Made by a program: the position numbers and the translations under genes. From assembly GCA_964651815.1 (NCBI GenBank), contig CAZYWG010000004.1, positions 36,977 through 100,976 on the forward strand: a stretch of 64,000 bases of DNA, given 5' to 3'. Every line of letters starts with the position of its first letter. The first letter of the stretch is position 1. Of the stretch, positions 36,774-47,376 are shown piece after piece. Below the pieces are notes generated by a model. It worked only from the letters and a program-made list of their open reading frames with translations. It had not been told where the DNA came from and made no database searches. This stretch comes from an uncultured Gammaproteobacteria bacterium. GTDB lineage: Bacteria; Patescibacteriota; Microgenomatia; Levybacterales; GWA1-39-11.

Positions 36774-39700
36774 TTAATTAACTATTATCCAATTAAACTT
36801 TATATCTTGCGTTGCAGGCCTATCAATCCCAACTGTAAAAGAGAGCCCCGCCTCTTGGCGAAGAAGATATAATACCTCATTGTTGCTACTTCCGGTGGGA
36901 GTAATGTAAATCAAAGATTTATCAGTGACCTGGGAATCATAAATAGTCAGTTCTCCAGAATATTGTTTTATCGCCGCCGTGCCTGCAGACCCGGTTGCTA
37001 CAACTTCAGTATCTGAGATTGCGTAGGCCGGCGCGGCAAATGAAAGGTTCAATTTATTAAACGTTCCGGATCCAGAGGCTACAACGTTTCCGATGCTGTT
37101 TATTGCTAAAATGGCCGCATCAGACGAATTTTTTATTAAAAGGTCTGAATCGGGTAGGGGAGAGATAATATTTGTCCGGATCCTTCCTTTAACGCTTAAG
37201 TCACCCGCAATTTCTGCATTTCCGGCAACTTTAAGCGTTCCGTCAGTCTCAATTCTAACGGCACCCGCAAGGAAAGAAACGGCTCCCTGCCTTAGAGGTT
37301 CAATTTCAAGATCTTGCCCAAGCGTATCAATTGAATTGGATCCAATCATAAGTGTTGTCCCAACCCAAATCCCGTCGTTTGCTGTCACTTGACCAAAAGT
37401 TGCAGGGCCAAGACTAATTAGTCCTTGACGGAATGTGCCAAAATCTGCGTTGAAGTTTGAAACGTCAACGTAATCTATGTTTGTGATTTTTGCCTGGCCA
37501 GTCATTATATTTGCCATATCGGTAAATCCGCCTGAAGTTTGGGCAACCGTTTCATGATAGTTAGAAACATATTGACCAGAAGGCGTTGAAGTATTGGTGC
37601 TTCCCAAAATATTTTGAATACGCGAATCAAGTCCTTGAATAGAATTTGCCTGGATATTATTAGCGTAAAGCGTACCTGAGATTGTAGCGTAGGACGCATT
37701 TAAGTTATCAGCTGTGAGATTTCCTGAGAGTGTTGCATTTCGAGCCGCTAAATCACCCTGCGTGTAGACATTACCTTTGTTATCAATTGAGGCTACAGTT
37801 GCAGACTCTGTTGCATTTCTTGAGCTATGAATTTCGAGTTCCGAATTATTTAGTCCGAGAGAAATGTTTGAATCAGCAGCAAGTGGGCTTATTACATTGG
37901 TTTCAACTTGATTGGCACTTGCAAGAGGAGAAACAATATTTGAATTAGGAATTATGTCGGCGAGAGAGCCTGTTGAACTAATTGTTTGTTTTACCACTTG
38001 CTGAATGTAGTCGGAGAGAGATTGCCCGGCAATTGTTACAGAGTTAGTTGCAACTGCCAATGAATTGGTAGTTAAGCTCCCGGCGACATTCACGCTTTGG
38101 GCAATGACATTCACAAAGTTTTGAGTTGTCGCAGCGGCCGCAGCGTAAAGTTCTTGAATTGCCTTAACAACCTTCCATATTGATGGTTCTTCAACCATTA
38201 AGTAACCGTTTGATCCGGTATGAACCATTTCTGGGAATACATTCTGTACTTCTTGAGCAATAACACCTGTTAATCTATTGCCCGAGGTTTTTACAGTATA
38301 TTCTCTGATTCTAAGTTTGGATAGATCGGATAATGTGTCACCTGAATCAACTATATCTGTTTTAAGCCGTTCATCAGAAGAACATGTTACTGTTTCAGAC
38401 CCTGCTTGTGGGTTGTGGTCACAAGTTCCATCAGCATCCTGAAGCCTAAGCACATTTGTATTGGCGGCTGAGTTTATTTGGAGAGCTACTTGAGGGTCGT
38501 TTGTACCTATCCCCACATTCCCACCGGCGCCATTAACGCTTTGGATTATGAGATTACCAGATATCGAAGCAGTTACGGGTCCGGAGGAATTTACATTGAA
38601 AATTGCAAATTTGGCAGAAGACGTGGATTGGCCACCAATTACAAAGTCGGCTGTCGTATTGTTGGGGTAGAGCAGGCCGTTTGTTTGATTCCAGAATAAA
38701 TCATTTGATGAAACAGCTCCCGTGCATGTTCCCCACGAAGGATTTGATGCTCCGGAGATTAAACAAAGACCTGAGGTAGAAGTTGTTGCTTGACCAAGGT
38801 CGCCCGTGGCATAGCTTCCATAAAGCGCGCCGTTTTGGCCTGTGAAGTTTGGGAGATTAATTCCCTGTGCCGCTCGCCCGATTTTTATGGTTGTTGCATT
38901 AGATGAGCCTATTGAAAGAGTACCCGTTGAAATAGTATCAATAGATACGCCCGGTGAAAGAGAAAGGTCCCCGTTATTCTGAATCAAGAATCTTAGTGTA
39001 CCACTTGATGACGCGGCAAAAATGTCCCCGCCTGAAGTATGGTTATCAACTATAAAAGCCGCAGCGGCAGAAGTTGTTGCAATTACTGCAAATTGATCGT
39101 CAACCTCAACGGCCCCTGGGATTGACCCGGCGTTTGTTGAGTTAATAATTGGTTTTTGAAGGTCAATTCTACCAAGCCCGTCAGGCGCCACTTGTATATC
39201 TGCGTTAGTGGAGGCGTTTGTTGTCAAAATTAAGGGTTGCCCCGAAATTTTAAATTGTCCGCCCGTTGCCTGAAAGGTTGGAGAAGCCTTACCGCCTATT
39301 GTTAAATTACCGGATGAGTCAAGCGCTAAGACTACATTTGAAGTTCCGGCCGTGGTGTCTGTAATTGGACGCATCCCTTGAAGTGACTCCGAATTAGCAG
39401 CATATGCTACCGTTGCGAGTTGCTGGCGAGGAGCAAGCTCATCAGTATCTTCAACGGTTATTCCAAGAAATAGCCTAGAATTATCAGTAAACAAGTTATT
39501 TGGAATAGTGCAAGGAGTTTTCTGGACAGCGAGTGGTTGATTCAAGCAAGGCGCTCCGTCTCCTAATAACTCGTTAAAAACCCCATTTTCATCAGGAATC
39601 ACTTGGTCAACCTCTTGCCACACAAGATGTCCTGCGCCGGTTGCTGTTGTGTCGTTATAAATTGTAAACCGAATGTTTGTTGGCTGAGTTATGGCCGCAT

Positions 39701-40907
39701 CGTTTTTGTCAGTAAGCCTACCCTGAAATGAGAGTATTCTAGGTGGAGCAACAGAAGAAGCCAGCGCCTTTTGGGTTTGTGGCGCAAAAAGGCCTGTATA
39801 TATAATGTAGCCCAGGACCGAAGCATATATCATAAGAACTGCAACATGTAAATAATGAGCGACTGTATACTTATGATAGCTTAAGTACCATTTAGGTCGA
39901 GAATAACTTGCGTGATGTAATATTTGTTTGTATAGCGGAAGTCCTACAAGTGATACTGTTTGAGGCGAATATTGTTGCTTTGAATAGCTTTTAACATAGG
40001 TGGCCAATACTTTCCCTGACTTCCCACTATTTGAAGAAATTTTGTCATTCAGCTTTGATAAGTTAATCCCGTTTGCAATTTTTGTGGCTACTTTTTCTTC
40101 TAAAATTAAGTATGGTAGAAAAAGTTTCTGCAAGAGTCTGAGCGGCGGGAAAGGAGAAAATTTAATGAGATCCTCAACTGGTGTTTCTACAGATTTGATT
40201 TCTTCAAGATTTACTCCAGAATTAGCCTCAGGATTTTTGATTTCTTCAAGCGTAGGATTCACAAAGCTAGGAATATCACGTAGCGGTTCCGCCTCCTGGG
40301 AGTGAGTTGTACCTCCGCTTACAAAAGAAATGTAGCGTCTAATAGAGGAGAGCTTGCGATTGATGCTACTAGGTGATAAGCCAAGAATTGATGCTAACCT
40401 TTCTTTATATATTTCAATTGTTTGAGGATCGAGGACAGGATTATTATCTTTTCCTTTTGGGGCGCTTTCAGAAAGCCATGTTGTAAAAGCATTTATATCA
40501 ACCATGTAGTTTTTCATGGTTAAAGCAGATGCACCACTTTGATATAGATGGTTCTTAAAGTTTTTTAAGTCCCAGGGATCACTCGAAATTAATTCCCGGA
40601 CTTTGGTTTTAGATATTTCATCAAAAGGATCTGCGTCAATTAAGCTCTTGTCCTTTAAGTACTTTGTAAATTTTCTTAAAGTAGATATGTATCTTTCTGT
40701 TGACCTAGGCGAATTAGAATTGCTTTGATTTTGGAAGAGAGTAATAACCTCATCATTTATATCCTCCGCAGAAAACTCATTTTCATAGTAAGTGCTGTAC
40801 CAATTTAAAAACTTATTGATGTCTGACACATAATTCTTAGCAGTAACAGCAGATACTCGTTTCTGCGAAATTAAGAAGGATTTAAAATCATTGATAAGAT
40901 CATTCAT
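36774..40907 (-). CDS. fusion protein: 2x integrase N-terminal SAM-like domains + TM + tail-fibre-like ectodomain with peptidase S74 chaperone
   Basis: F..FL....S..T.KNY..DI..F..W...S..S..R..S..R.F twice; TM at about aa 350-374; SFQGRLTD domain; SSDERLKTDI...GVIAQEV...KAIQEL. Confidence 0.8.
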   Translation of the reverse strand: MNDLINDFKSFLISQKRVSAVTAKNYVSDINKFLNWYSTYYENEFSAEDINDEVITLFQNQSNSNSPRSTERYISTLRKFTKYLKDKSLIDADPFDEISKTKVRELISSDPWDLKNFKNHLYQSGASALTMKNYMVDINAFTTWLSESAPKGKDNNPVLDPQTIEIYKERLASILGLSPSSINRKLSSIRRYISFVSGGTTHSQEAEPLRDIPSFVNPTLEEIKNPEANSGVNLEEIKSVETPVEDLIKFSPFPPLRLLQKLFLPYLILEEKVATKIANGINLSKLNDKISSNSGKSGKVLATYVKSYSKQQYSPQTVSLVGLPLYKQILHHASYSRPKWYLSYHKYTVAHYLHVAVLMIYASVLGYIIYTGLFAPQTQKALASSVAPPRILSFQGRLTDKNDAAITQPTNIRFTIYNDTTATGAGHLVWQEVDQVIPDENGVFNELLGDGAPCLNQPLAVQKTPCTIPNNLFTDNSRLFLGITVEDTDELAPRQQLATVAYAANSESLQGMRPITDTTAGTSNVVLALDSSGNLTIGGKASPTFQATGGQFKISGQPLILTTNASTNADIQVAPDGLGRIDLQKPIINSTNAGSIPGAVEVDDQFAVIATTSAAAAFIVDNHTSGGDIFAASSSGTLRFLIQNNGDLSLSPGVSIDTISTGTLSIGSSNATTIKIGRAAQGINLPNFTGQNGALYGSYATGDLGQATTSTSGLCLISGASNPSWGTCTGAVSSNDLFWNQTNGLLYPNNTTADFVIGGQSTSSAKFAIFNVNSSGPVTASISGNLIIQSVNGAGGNVGIGTNDPQVALQINSAANTNVLRLQDADGTCDHNPQAGSETVTCSSDERLKTDIVDSGDTLSDLSKLRIREYTVKTSGNRLTGVIAQEVQNVFPEMVHTGSNGYLMVEEPSIWKVVKAIQELYAAAAATTQNFVNVIAQSVNVAGSLTTNSLAVATNSVTIAGQSLSDYIQQVVKQTISSTGSLADIIPNSNIVSPLASANQVETNVISPLAADSNISLGLNNSELEIHSSRNATESATVASIDNKGNVYTQGDLAARNATLSGNLTADNLNASYATISGTLYANNIQANSIQGLDSRIQNILGSTNTSTPSGQYVSNYHETVAQTSGGFTDMANIMTGQAKITNIDYVDVSNFNADFGTFRQGLISLGPATFGQVTANDGIWVGTTLMIGSNSIDTLGQDLEIEPLRQGAVSFLAGAVRIETDGTLKVAGNAEIAGDLSVKGRIRTNIISPLPDSDLLIKNSSDAAILAINSIGNVVASGSGTFNKLNLSFAAPAYAISDTEVVATGSAGTAAIKQYSGELTIYDSQVTDKSLIYITPTGSSNNEVLYLLRQEAGLSFTVGIDRPATQDIKFNWIIVN

Positions 40908-41824
40908 AAAAACTCGAGCCTATTTTTGTAAATATTTCTAGTTTTGTGAAAACTGAGGCTATGAAATATTTAAATAAATAATATCCCCGCAAGTAGAATT
41001 GTTATCAGGTCAGCTTTGGAATTATACTGATTATACAAGTTATTTACTGCGTGAATAAAGCTTAGCTTAATATCTCGAGCGTTGTCAATAACCCAGAGTA
41101 AAGTAGAATGGTAAATTTGATATTAATTGATACACTTATTTGGGCAAAAATGTCTTGTGAAAAGGTAAATTATAGGTATGAAAAGCTTGTGAAGCGACTA
41201 TTACCGAATTTTCACGATCTATAGAATATATAATTGTAGATTAAACTATATCATTAGGTTTGTTTTTTGATCTGATATACTTTGATACGCACAGTCAAAA
41301 TATATCTGCTAATAAGATACTATTCTGTAAAAATAGAAATACTATATATAAAACAGACTAGTATGAAGATTCTTAGACAAGACTTGCTGAGATCATCTTT
41401 ATCACTTCCACTGGGTATATGATAAACAAAATACATGATAGTTTTTACCTATGCTATCAGTCTGATTTAAATTTGGGTTTCTGTGGTGAGACGAGAGATG
41501 TTCTAATCTGTTAAGGTTAGCTTCATTTTAGATTAACGAAATAAAACCGAAAGCCATATCAAGGTTATTTACTCCAAGATGTATCAATTGACTCTCTCTC
41601 TGAGTACTTGATAAAAATTAAGATTAAGCACTAAATATAATGCAACCTGTAGTTTAAGTTCATTCCCGCAGCGCTTAAAAATTAGCTTCATAGTAATTTT
41701 AAGAAGGCTGATTTCGTATTTTTTTCGTCTTTCTTGTACGTTGAGATTACCATTATTTGAAAGAATTTATAAAAAGGGACTTTGATTGCGTAGGTATTTG
41801 TAGATAATAAAGAAGTGAAAGTGT

Positions 41825-42817
41825 TTATACTTTCTTTTTCACTTTTACATATACGCCAATAATTATGAATGAGAAGAGAGTGAAAGCAAATATGAGATAT
41901 ATCGGTAAAGAGATAAAAGACACACTTCTCTGGAAAGTGGGTCCATTTTCTGATAGCTTTACATTCAAACTCGCTGTGTATATTCCGAACAAAAACTTTT
42001 TGGGTAGAATCATAACCGGATGGTCTTGGCTAAGACTTGATTGATAGTCTAATTCTGTTTTTGATGGTAGAGCTTGTAGAGTATCAATGATGTATCTTTT
42101 AGAGTGCGCCGGTACGTATTGTGGGAGTATCTCTATAAATCCTTGATCACGGCCAAACATATCTCTTATACTAACTCTGCCGCGAGGCTGGAAGTAGTTG
42201 TCTCCGTCGTTTCCAATAAGTAGAGTAAAAGGGACCGGCCCATTTGTTACAAAAAAAGGCACGTTGAATTGAGATATGCTACCTTTGAATTGTTCCCTTT
42301 CTCCAATAGATAGTATTAGATTTGTCCCTATACCGCCCAGAGTGGTAGAAGAGGATATGGCTGAAGTGTTAGTATTTGATACAAATAGCACTGAAATGTA
42401 ATAGTCACCAGAAGCAATAGATGGATCAACATATAATCTTAGAGTCAATGATTTTGACTGGAAAGGATTGAGCTTGAGGGTGTTTAGCTCCGTTTCACCG
42501 TCATAAACTTTCAGTTTTTTGAAAATTAGGTTGTATCTGTCTTCAATTTGATTATCGGGTAAATATTCAATCTGGCCATTTGCCTTGGTCGAAAGCCTAA
42601 ATGTTTTAAAGTTTAAAGCTAAGTTTTGTGTGGTCTCACTTTTATTTTGAATTGTTACTTTAGCTTCGACGTTGGCAGGTGGTTTAGCATTTACTACAAT
42701 AATAGGTGGGGAAATACCCAGAGAAAACGTGTTACTCTCAGCGTACAATCTATGAGCAAGAACAAAAAACATAAGAAGAATTAAAGATAATATTGTTACG
42801 TTTTTTTTGGTTGTCAT
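41825..42817 (-). CDS. WxL-interacting-like (DUF916-like) surface protein
   Basis: Signal peptide, LGISPP, GDYYISVLF, NDGD..FQPRG.V.I.DMFG, C-terminal TM + KKK. Confidence 0.55.
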   Translation of the reverse strand: MTTKKNVTILSLILLMFFVLAHRLYAESNTFSLGISPPIIVVNAKPPANVEAKVTIQNKSETTQNLALNFKTFRLSTKANGQIEYLPDNQIEDRYNLIFKKLKVYDGETELNTLKLNPFQSKSLTLRLYVDPSIASGDYYISVLFVSNTNTSAISSSTTLGGIGTNLILSIGEREQFKGSISQFNVPFFVTNGPVPFTLLIGNDGDNYFQPRGRVSIRDMFGRDQGFIEILPQYVPAHSKRYIIDTLQALPSKTELDYQSSLSQDHPVMILPKKFLFGIYTASLNVKLSENGPTFQRSVSFISLPIYLIFAFTLFSFIIIGVYVKVKKKV

Positions 42818-43178
42818 AAACTATAGTATAGCAAAAGACCAAATATTGGGCTAATTTAAGGTTTTCACGCATAATAACGATGCGAAATTTCTTCATAGTG
42901 CGGTAATTTTAATCCCGCGCGGGGAATAATTTTGTAAAAAGTGACCATATCAAACTGAACTTATGCTTCAATATTTTTAGGTATCGAGAAATAGCAAAGA
43001 AGAGATAAAAGTGTTAACAAATTAGAATAGTACTTTGGATTGTTAAATCAAGGTAAAGTTAAAAATGAAAGTTGAGAAGGGAAAAGTGTAAGTGGAATCT
43101 ACTCAATTAAACTCGATTTTTGCCTTAATATTAAAGTTTTATTAAATTTGAAAAATTAAGATTTAAATTAAAACGATT

Positions 43179-43931
43179 TTAAATTGAAGGTGTGGCGATA
43201 TAGATAATTGTATTTTGATATATACCAGCAGGTTGGGTGCCTGCAATGTTCAATTTATAAGTGGTTTGGGATTTTGCCTTCGCTGGCGTTTTATTGTTAC
43301 TCATAATAACTACACTTTGTTGATTTTTTGATAGATTAGAAAAGTGCTTGTAATAAGTTTGATCCGTGAAGTCAATATTACAATCAAGACTCAAAAGGTT
43401 GTCGCATCTATAGCCGAAGCCGTAAGTGAGTGGTGAAGACCAGGTTGCTGATGTAGCTTCAGTGCAATTACCCTTGTCGCAAGTTGTATCTGGAATAAAC
43501 GCTCCAGAAGGAGTTGCTTTTAGCTCGTGATCTTCGCTTGCAATAACCTGATAACCAGATTGTGAGCCTGGATCAATTGTCAGAGTGTTAGTCCTAGTGA
43601 TAGGTTCTCCTGGTTTTAATTCATCAAAATTGATGGAGTTATTTGAAATAGAGAATGAGAAAGCATTGGAATTATTTAAGTATTGAAAACCTGATTGGAG
43701 AGTGTAGTTAGTCCCTTTATAAAAACCCGGTGCACTTTGACCTGAAGTGAAAGTTATATTTGTTTGACTATTAGAAGCACGGCCAGAAAAAGAATTGAGG
43801 TTTCCCTCCTCAATTTTATAAGCACCATTAGACATTGTTTGTGCGCTGGCTGAGAAGGGTAAAATATATATAAACGCTATTAAAGATATCAGAAGTAAAC
43901 AATTGACTCGTTGCCTATCACAGTTTTTCAT
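43179..43931 (-). CDS. secreted WxL-like protein
   Basis: Signal peptide; INFDEL.PG, GYQV.ASEDH.L, C-terminal YKLNI...QPAGIYQNTIIYIATP. Confidence 0.55.
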   Translation of the reverse strand: MKNCDRQRVNCLLLISLIAFIYILPFSASAQTMSNGAYKIEEGNLNSFSGRASNSQTNITFTSGQSAPGFYKGTNYTLQSGFQYLNNSNAFSFSISNNSINFDELKPGEPITRTNTLTIDPGSQSGYQVIASEDHELKATPSGAFIPDTTCDKGNCTEATSATWSSPLTYGFGYRCDNLLSLDCNIDFTDQTYYKHFSNLSKNQQSVVIMSNNKTPAKAKSQTTYKLNIAGTQPAGIYQNTIIYIATPSI

Positions 43932-43932
43932 T

Positions 43933-44568
43933 CTATTGGTCCTCAGTTTTTTTACGCAGGTCTTTTGCTTTTTCAACTATGTCATCAATTTCATTCAGCG
44001 CATCTTCATTTTTTGTATGACTTTTGAGTGTTTGAGCGTCTTCAAGTATTTGTCCTGTCTTGTCTTCAACCTCAGCTTCCAATTCCTCCCGCTTTTTAAA
44101 CTCTCGGCCAAAGAAATATGAAATAGGTGCAAGGAACGCAAGCGAGCCGAGCTTGATCAGGTTTGTGGTAAGGTCACCATCTGACAGTGATGGGAAAAAG
44201 ACAACCCAGAGGCCCAAAAGTAAAATAAACACTGTAGGTGGTTCAAAAAGAAAGACGAGCCCAAAAAGAAGGAAGTATAGAAGGAAGTATAGATTTGAAC
44301 CGAGACCGCCTGTCAGGAAAATGGCAATCAAAAGAATTAATGTAACAACAAAAACCTCTTTATTTGATCCTATCAAAATCTCTTCAGCCAATTGCCCGGC
44401 TTTGATTTTTGATTTACCCATGCGCTGGCGAATTATCAGAAATATTACAGATACTATAATAAGGAAGCCCAATATCGGGATCATGTAGAACGCAAGGTCA
44501 GTTGAATTTATTAAAAGCATTGTCCCAAGAGCGAGAAGGAGAGTAATTGATTGAAACAGTAGCTTCAT
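43933..44568 (-). CDS. membrane protein with C-terminal coiled coil
   Basis: 5-6 TMs, TGGLGSNLYFLLY motif. Confidence 0.75.
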   Translation of the reverse strand: MKLLFQSITLLLALGTMLLINSTDLAFYMIPILGFLIIVSVIFLIIRQRMGKSKIKAGQLAEEILIGSNKEVFVVTLILLIAIFLTGGLGSNLYFLLYFLLFGLVFLFEPPTVFILLLGLWVVFFPSLSDGDLTTNLIKLGSLAFLAPISYFFGREFKKREELEAEVEDKTGQILEDAQTLKSHTKNEDALNEIDDIVEKAKDLRKKTEDQ

Positions 44569-44641
44569 AGAGATAGTATATAGTATGAAGTATTAAGTAT
44601 AAAGTATTAAGTATAAAACTCACCAGGTTTAACTCGAAGGA

Positions 44642-44670
44642 TTGAGGTTTAAACCTAGAAAAGATATAAT
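44642..44670 (+). promoter_or_regulatory. leuS promoter (likely leaderless transcript)
   Basis: TTGAGG-N17-TATAAT, ATG 6 nt downstream. Confidence 0.65.
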
Positions 44671-44676
44671 TGGGTT

Positions 44677-47313
44677 ATGGGTAAAGCAAGTTCGGCACAA
44701 GATGGAAATCAAATTGAGAAATACATTCCTTCCAAAATCGAGAAGAAGTGGCAGGATAATTGGGAAGCCAACAGAGTCTATTCTGTAAGCCTTGACCAAA
44801 TTAAGAACCCTTTCTACGTTTTAGTTGAATTCACCTATCCGTCAGGAGACCTGCACATGGGCCATTGGTTTGCTTTCTCAATTCCTGATATGTATGCGCG
44901 GATGAAGAGAATGCAAGGATTTGATGTTTTTTTCCCCAACGGCTTTGACGCATTTGGATTGCCTGCTGAGAACGCGGCTATAAAACGGAATATTCACCCA
45001 AAAGACTGGACTTTATCAAACATACAACGAATGAAAGGTCAATTTAGGCTCATGGGCGCTTCATATAATTGGGACAATGAAGTTATTACTTGTTTGCCTG
45101 AATATTACCGCTGGAACCAATGGATATTTTTGAAAATGGCAGAAAAAGGAATAGCATATCGAGCCAAAACTCTATCAAACTGGTGTCCAAATGATCAAAC
45201 TGTATTAGCGAACGAACACGTTGAGGATGGAAAGTGTTGGCGATGCGGGGCAGTGGTAATCCAAAAAGAAGTGGAGCAGTGGTTCCTAAAAATTACGGCT
45301 TATGCGGATAGGTTGCTTTGGCCTTCCGAAGCTTCAGCGAAGGAGGGTAAATCTGAAAACGTAGATTGGCCTAAATCAGTAAAGGAAGGTCAGAATTCGT
45401 GGATTGGCAAATCGGAAGGTGCACTGATAGAATTTAAAGTTGATAATTTAGACCGTCAAATCAACCTTAAATCGGCTGAGCTCAAAGTGTTTACAACCCG
45501 TCCAGACACACTTTGGGGGGCAACTTTTGTTGTTTTAGCTCCTGAACACCCTATAGTCGATTCACTTTTGAAGGGAAAAGGTAAAATTGAAAAGGGAAAA
45601 GTTAAAAAGAACGAGACAGCAAATGATATAGAAAGTATGGATTTAGATATTGATAATCGTGAAGATATAATCTCGAGCGTTAAAAAATATGTTGAGGTGT
45701 CATCTAAGAAAACAGAACTTGAAAGGAAAGAAAATAAAGAAAAGACAGGCGTTTTTACAGGCCTATATTGTACTAATCCAGCCTCAGGTGAAAAGATCCC
45801 TGTTTGGGTAGCAGATTATGTTCTGTCTGGATACGGAACCGGAGCAATTATGGCTGTACCTGCGCATGATGAGCGAGATTTTGAATTCGCAAAAAAATAT
45901 AAATTACCTATAAAACAGGTTATTGTGCCTGATGATGAATTTGCTGAGTTCGATAAAAACGTTGACAAGTCAGGGGAGCTAAAGCAGCCATATTTAGGTG
46001 AGGGTGGAATTGTTAATTCCGGGGATGACTGGAATGATTATCATGTTCCTGCGGCACTTCCAAAGATAATTGATGATGTTGAGAAAAAAGGAATAGGAAA
46101 GCGCCAGGTCCAATACCATCTACACGACTGGTCGGTATCTCGCCAGAGATATTGGGGTACGCCAGTGCCTATGATCAATTGCGGTAACTGCGGAATCGTA
46201 CCTGTTCCAGAAAAAGATTTGCCGGTTGAGCTTCCTTATGATGTTGACTACCAACCAAAGGGACGCGCGCCGCTTGCGACAAATGAGGAATGGATGCGAG
46301 TCAAATGTCCAAAATGTGAAGGAGACGCGACTCGTGACCCTGAGACTCTTGACACGTTCTTTGACTCCTCATGGTATATGTTTAGATACCTTTCACCACA
46401 CTTTGATGGGGGTTTATTCGACCAGAATATAGAAAAAAAAGTGATGCCAGTAAATATTTACTTTGGCGGAGCGGAGCATACATTAGGACACACACTTTAT
46501 TCGCGCTTCTTCACAAAATTCTTTAAAGATACGGGTTTAACTGATCTTGAAGAATACGCTAAAAGGCGGATTCAGCACGGAATAATTTTAGGTCCTGACG
46601 GGCAGAAAATGAGCAAGTCCCACGGTAATGTTATCAATCCAGATGACCAAGTGAAACAATATGGAGCAGACGCTGTAAGAATTTATTTAGCATTCTTGGG
46701 GCCTTATGACCTTGTTGCACCCTGGAATGCCGGCGGAATAGAAGGTATCCACCGTTTCTTAAAAAGAGTTTGGGGATTATATGACAAGATCCAAGATCCC
46801 CTTTCCAAAAAACAAGAATTGACACAGGATGACTTACACGAGATGCATAGGACTATTAAAAAAGTTACGGATGATATAGAAGGTGTTAAATTAAATACAG
46901 CTATAGCTAGCCTAATGGAGTGGCTGAACCATTTATCCCGTAAAGAGTTGGTTTCAATTGAGGAATACCAAACGTTCCTGAAATTACTTGCGCCTTTTGC
47001 TCCTCATATGACTGAAGAGCTATGGGAAAGGGAATTAAAGGAATCAAGTGTCTCAGAGGTATCAGGGGGGGGCTCGATTCATATTCAAAAATGGCCTATT
47101 CTTGATGAGAAATATTTACAGCAGTCAGAATTGACAATTGCCATCCAAGTGAATGGGAAAAGAAGGGGAGAGATTAGAATTCAGAACTCAGAATCTATAG
47201 TGCAGAATTTAGTTGAAGAGAAGTCAAAAGAAGTCATTCGAACCCATTTGGAAGGCCAAGAAATACGCAAAGTTATCTACGTGCCTGGCAAGATTATAAA
47301 TTTCGTAATCTAA
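44677..47313 (+). CDS. leuS: leucine--tRNA ligase
   Basis: YPSGDLHMGH (HIGH), TTRPDT, GTGAIMAVPAHDERD editing domain, KMSKS. Confidence 0.98.
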   Translation: MGKASSAQDGNQIEKYIPSKIEKKWQDNWEANRVYSVSLDQIKNPFYVLVEFTYPSGDLHMGHWFAFSIPDMYARMKRMQGFDVFFPNGFDAFGLPAENAAIKRNIHPKDWTLSNIQRMKGQFRLMGASYNWDNEVITCLPEYYRWNQWIFLKMAEKGIAYRAKTLSNWCPNDQTVLANEHVEDGKCWRCGAVVIQKEVEQWFLKITAYADRLLWPSEASAKEGKSENVDWPKSVKEGQNSWIGKSEGALIEFKVDNLDRQINLKSAELKVFTTRPDTLWGATFVVLAPEHPIVDSLLKGKGKIEKGKVKKNETANDIESMDLDIDNREDIISSVKKYVEVSSKKTELERKENKEKTGVFTGLYCTNPASGEKIPVWVADYVLSGYGTGAIMAVPAHDERDFEFAKKYKLPIKQVIVPDDEFAEFDKNVDKSGELKQPYLGEGGIVNSGDDWNDYHVPAALPKIIDDVEKKGIGKRQVQYHLHDWSVSRQRYWGTPVPMINCGNCGIVPVPEKDLPVELPYDVDYQPKGRAPLATNEEWMRVKCPKCEGDATRDPETLDTFFDSSWYMFRYLSPHFDGGLFDQNIEKKVMPVNIYFGGAEHTLGHTLYSRFFTKFFKDTGLTDLEEYAKRRIQHGIILGPDGQKMSKSHGNVINPDDQVKQYGADAVRIYLAFLGPYDLVAPWNAGGIEGIHRFLKRVWGLYDKIQDPLSKKQELTQDDLHEMHRTIKKVTDDIEGVKLNTAIASLMEWLNHLSRKELVSIEEYQTFLKLLAPFAPHMTEELWERELKESSVSEVSGGGSIHIQKWPILDEKYLQQSELTIAIQVNGKRRGEIRIQNSESIVQNLVEEKSKEVIRTHLEGQEIRKVIYVPGKIINFVI

Positions 47314-47376
47314 CTGTTAACCTCAATTATCCATTTGCTTCTTGATTCATGTATCTTGATTTTATATTCTAATCTT

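Noticed and set aside
36774-40907. Prophage or integrative element suggested by integrase-like and tail-fibre motifs
   Set aside because: No catalytic recombinase domain, att/tRNA site, capsid, terminase or other phage genes nearby
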